A stretch of DNA of 64,000 bases from Narcine bancroftii (taxonomy: Eukaryota). The stretch is taken from contig NC_091471.1 in assembly GCF_036971445.1 (NCBI RefSeq), positions 260,462,001 through 260,526,000 on the forward strand, read 5' to 3'. The notes under the pieces were generated by a model that did no database searches, was not told where the DNA came from, and was given only the letters and a program-made list of their open reading frames with translations. Both the position numbers and the translations under genes were made by a program. This document shows positions 59,713-64,000 of this stretch, piece after piece (the stretch's first letter is position 1; every line of letters begins with the position of its first letter).

Positions 59713-62203
59713 TTTATTCTTGTGAAGCTATCAACTCTCTCCACTTGAGTGCCATTGCAACTCTCAATTCTTTCTTTGTATTCCCACAATTTTTTTTCCT
59801 GATTAATCCAGTTCCCTTAAAGTGGGGCATGTATTTATGTCGTGACCAACACAGTTTATATAAAAAAAAACAAATCTCATTGTTATTACATTATTACTTT
59901 TGAGGTTTTTCTGTAATAAAATGATTGCAGTGGTTCTGGCATTACAGACTTGATTTCCCTTCAAAATTCCATTATTGATTTGAAAGAAAATTAATTTGAC
60001 ATGTTATCAGATTGTCAGGAGTTAAAGTTGAGTTTAGATGTTTTTACAGTAGGGTCAGAGCTCAAGATTGCTTTAAATCTGGAACAAGTTCCAATGGCAA
60101 ATAGGCATCACCAATACCTTTGGACTTTGATTTAGACTATTGTTTCTACTAAATGCAGCAAGTTACTCCACAAGCTTTCTATAGGAACTATTTCAGTAGA
60201 ACCAGACTTCCATGGCTAAACCTAAAATGCAGGAGTTTTGCAATTAGAACTTGCCACAACTATAAATCTAAGCAATCCACCTGCAAGTGTTTAGGCTTCA
60301 CATTGCTATACTTTCTATTTTTCTGTTAGGACAGTTGCCATCCTTTGAAACCTCATCTTTGTCCATTATTGAAGTGTGAATCTGGGCATCATCTGTGAGG
60401 TGCCAGGTCTAGTATTCATTCTTGCATATACTAAACGTGTACTCTCATCATGCCCCCACTGGATATTTCCATGAATAAAACAAACTGGCTGTTGTCCTTC
60501 CACTAACCAGATGACCCAAACAAATTGCTCAGTCCCCACTGATGTTGTCAATTCACCTATTTGGAACTGGAGCATGTATGTGTTCATCCGATTTTCTTAG
60601 TAAAGCTACTGCTCAAGCCATTAAAACAACCCCCCTCCTGGGACTATATCATAGAGCGCATATCATAGAGAAAACAGTTTCTCAATAACTGCAGTTCCAG
60701 ACTTTTTAGTTCAAATACATGTAAAATCCAACTTTGTCATAGCTATTTCCAGTTCACTTCTTCCTCAATGTAATCATCCTGCTTCTCCCATGTTATTTAT
60801 TTTCTCTCTCCCTATCCTCCCCTCCCCAACCCCCAGAACCATTACCCAGTTGTAAATTATGATGAGGATTGCTTCCAAATACTTGAATAGACCTTCGTGC
60901 CCCACCACTGTGTCAAATTTGACAATGTGCTGATCAGTGTTTGCAATCACTACCATGTGATTTTTCAAATGCTTTCAAAGTAGCAATTACAACAACAAAA
61001 ATAGAATCGACTGCAATGCACAATGATGCTATGGGATTGAGTTTGATTGCTGTGGCACCACGGAGATGCAGTTGCTCAAGCTAGTGGGTCATCTTTAAAA
61101 GATAAACTAGCCTAGGTTTCTGTTCTTATTTTAAAAAGTCTCTTGAACTCTTTTATAGAAATCAAAAACTTGAATGCAAAGCTATTCATAGACTAAAACA
61201 ATTGTATCTTCTGGTCTTAAGCTATCTGTTTGAGGAACAGTAACTCCACTTACTGCAAAATATTTTGTAAATGTATACTCTGCAATGACATAGTTCAAAT
61301 GCAATGCAGTGTAAAGTAGCAGTTACAGCTTCTCATGTTTCTTCTGTTTAATTTTAATTTTTAAAAACCTATTTCACAACATCTGATGTATAACTAAGCT
61401 CCACAAATCTGAGTAACATAAATTTGATTGGTTGAACTTTTTCTGAGTTCCTGATCTGGATTTTCATCCAGCGATCTAGATGAGCAACAAATAAACTTGT
61501 CTAATGCGTAACTACTGAATTGGGTATCTGCCCATCAACTTGCAATTGATTATTTCTGTTGATGTTTACTTCTGAAGCTCCGAGATCTTTGTTTGAATGA
61601 GTTAATGGAGAGCAGCTGTAGATGAGGTGAGCATCTTCCCAAACTGTACTCTGTATAGGACCCTGTCCAGCAGAGCAAGTCTTTAGAATCAAGATAGCCA
61701 ATCTATTACCTGTTAATGTCTACATTTCTGCAGCTATTTCCATTAGATAAGTATTAGAAACAAATTGACAAGAGACTGGTTTTAGAAGTGGCTCAAGTAT
61801 TACACACAATTAAAGGATGATACAATGAATAGAGTTTTTGCGCTAATAAATGCCACAGCCATCTTTTAGATAAGGATGTTTTGAACAAGCACATCATTTG
61901 ATGGAATTACTCATGGTCAGGGCTCTGGCTGATTTCTCTGGAAATCATTTGGCATGTTTAGGCCAAAAACAACTCAAGCTGTTCTACTGTCTATACTTTG
62001 TAAAAACATTTTGTACCTGCTAATAATGGTGTTGTCTTGTCTCTCCTGTTGTGAACCATCTGCTATCCTTGCTGTCTTCAGCTATAATTTTTTAGTGATG
62101 AGTGGAGAGTGAGTTGCATTTGGCACTGATAGCCAAGAATGGGGGTGGAGGCTGTAGGATGCTGCTTTCTCTACCCCAACCTCTGCTCCATGACTACACA
62201 TCT

Positions 62204-62442
62204 TTAAATTTAAAAAAAATTAGACATACAGCACAGTAACAGGCTCTTTCGGCCGATGAGCTTATACTGGCCAATTACACCCAATTGTTCTCCAACCCCC
62301 AGTACGTTTTGAACAAAGGGAGGAAACTGGAGCACCTGGAGGCAGGCATGGGAAAATGCACAAACTCCTTATGGACACCGCAGGATTCGAACTCTGTTGC
62401 TGTAACAGCGTTGCGCTAACTGCTACTCTAACCGTGCTGCCC
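62204..62442 (-). mobile_element. V-SINE (HE1-like)
   Basis: Reverse complement starts GGGCAGCACGGTTAG, has a GTTCGAATCC B box and gtgctccagtttcctccc core. Confidence 0.75.
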
Positions 62443-62974
62443 TATCTTAATCATAGGAAGTATAGTTTCAGCAGTTGATCTGATCCAACCCTGAAAAAAT
62501 GTCACCCTGCACACCAAATGAATGCTACTTGTTGGCAAGGAAGGCGGCTGATTCCCAAAAATCTCCAAGGGCAGGCCGTCACACACATCAGTTTTCTGTC
62601 TGGATGGTGGCCCATGATCGGTGTACTCTCCCTTGAACACCCACTATCACCTCTCCCTCCTCCCCTCAAATTGTGAAAAGTGATTATACTTTATTATTCT
62701 AAGGAAGGTGTTAAAACAAAGATGAAAGATGCTTCCATGAGAATTTCCTTTACATTCAGTCAATGATCGGCTTCCAATAATTGCAACCATTAATATAACT
62801 TGAGGCTTTTATTGGATACAACTTGATCATTAAAGCTTTTTGCTTTGATTTCCAATGATTCCAATTTGTTTGAGCCACACTGCACTCAGTCAAATGCTGC
62901 AGTGATGTCAAAAGAAAGAGCACTTGCCTCTGTACTAGCATTCAAACCTTCTGCTCAATCAAGGCAGTGGAAGA

Positions 62975-63470
62975 TTATTGGGACATCCTGAAGTCAGCAC
63001 ATTGAGGCAATCATGAAGAAGCCACACCAATGGTTCAACTTTCCAACAAGTCTGAGGAGATTTAGCATGTCATCACTACTCCATTAAACTTGTTACAGTA
63101 CCTTGATGAAGGGCTCAAGCCTGAAACATTGGCGATGTACCTTTATCTTTGCCATATAAAGTACCTGCTGAGTTTCTCCAGCATTGTGTTTTTACTCCAT
63201 CAAACTTCGACAAGTAAACTGTGGAAAGTATATTGATTGGTTGCATCATGGTTTGGTTTGATCACTCAAATGTTCAGGAATGCAGAGGCTGCAGAAAGTA
63301 GCAAACACTGCCAAATTCATTGAAGATGTTTAAGTGGACACTTCCTCAAGAAGGTAAGTCAACATCATAAAAGGTCCCATCACCCTAGTCTTAACTGCTA
63401 TCTTTTCACTGGTACATTTAGGAAGAAGGTACAGAAGCCTGAAGTCTGCTGGGTCCCACAGCTACCATGC
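62975..63470 (+). mobile_element. Rex/Babar fragment containing a ~100-bp Penelope-tail insertion (63092-63192)
   Basis: ESILIGCIMVWF remnant; insert flanked by TACTCCAT(T/C)AAACTT. Confidence 0.65.
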
Positions 63471-63603
63471 CCTTGAAACTCCTTTTACTACCCTAATCAC
63501 GTACTACTTTGGCCTCATAAAAATGTCTTCATATCTGTACCATTGGAATGGCTCTGGGAAAATTAATTATCTATCCTTTGCATTTATTATTAGTTTCTGC
63601 ATA

Positions 63604-63851
63604 CAGGTACACAATCCTTTATCTGGAACCTTTGAGGGACAGTGTGTTCCGAATTTCGGATTTTTCCGGATTTCGGAAAGCCAGATTTAAGCCCACCTGA
63701 ATTGTGCTGCCATATCCACCCCCACCCCCTTCCAGTCGCGCTGCCTGTCTCCCGCCCGCCTGACCTGTGCTGCCGGTCTCCCGGCCTCCCCACTTGCCAG
63801 TTTTTGGAGTTTTCTGAATTTTAGATGTCCGGATAAAGGATTGTGTACCTA
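63604..63851. mobile_element. Tc1/mariner-type MITE
   Basis: TA-flanked; ~24-bp TIR CAGGTACACAATCCTTTATC(T/C)GGA. Confidence 0.8.
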
Positions 63852-64000
63852 TAGTAATTTAATGTATATGACTGGAGTTTTTGTTAAACATGCTGTTTGG
63901 CTGCAGCAAGTAAGATTTATCATGAAACCATTCAAGGGGGTGGAAATAGGTGCTGAAGAAATTAGAAGAACATGGAACATAGAACTTTACAGCACAGTAT

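Overview
Vertebrate nuclear DNA, most likely a cartilaginous fish (shark/ray) judging by its repeats: V-SINE/HE1-like SINEs, CR1, Rex/Babar, Penelope-like, L1 and RTE. It is not prokaryotic, and most ORFs in the track are spurious or TE-derived. Two host genes lie head-to-head. An FKBP8 (FKBP38)-like gene is on the minus strand (coding exons 5048-5366, 3018-3187, 2839-2927 and 1-33, continuing off the window). The Pol II elongation factor ELL is on the plus strand (exon 1 CDS 13670-13804, exon 2 55297-55344), with a ~41.5 kb first intron that contains a 200-N gap. The rest is mostly transposon-derived. Highlights: (1) a TSD-flanked, ORF1-only 'half-L1' with a nearly intact ORF1, in the same intron as a full-length relative; (2) an antisense ORF with a phase-0 splice donor in that L1 family that could fuse in frame to ELL exon 2; (3) a near-perfect 115-bp inverted duplication bracketing ELL exon 2; (4) Penelope-derived repeats carrying a minimal hammerhead-ribozyme-like motif; (5) a perfect 15-bp tandem array of MRE/RCGTG motifs beside a candidate FKBP8 promoter. 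TE family names and paralog identities come from motif recognition and memory, not database searches. Boundaries of decayed repeats are approximate.
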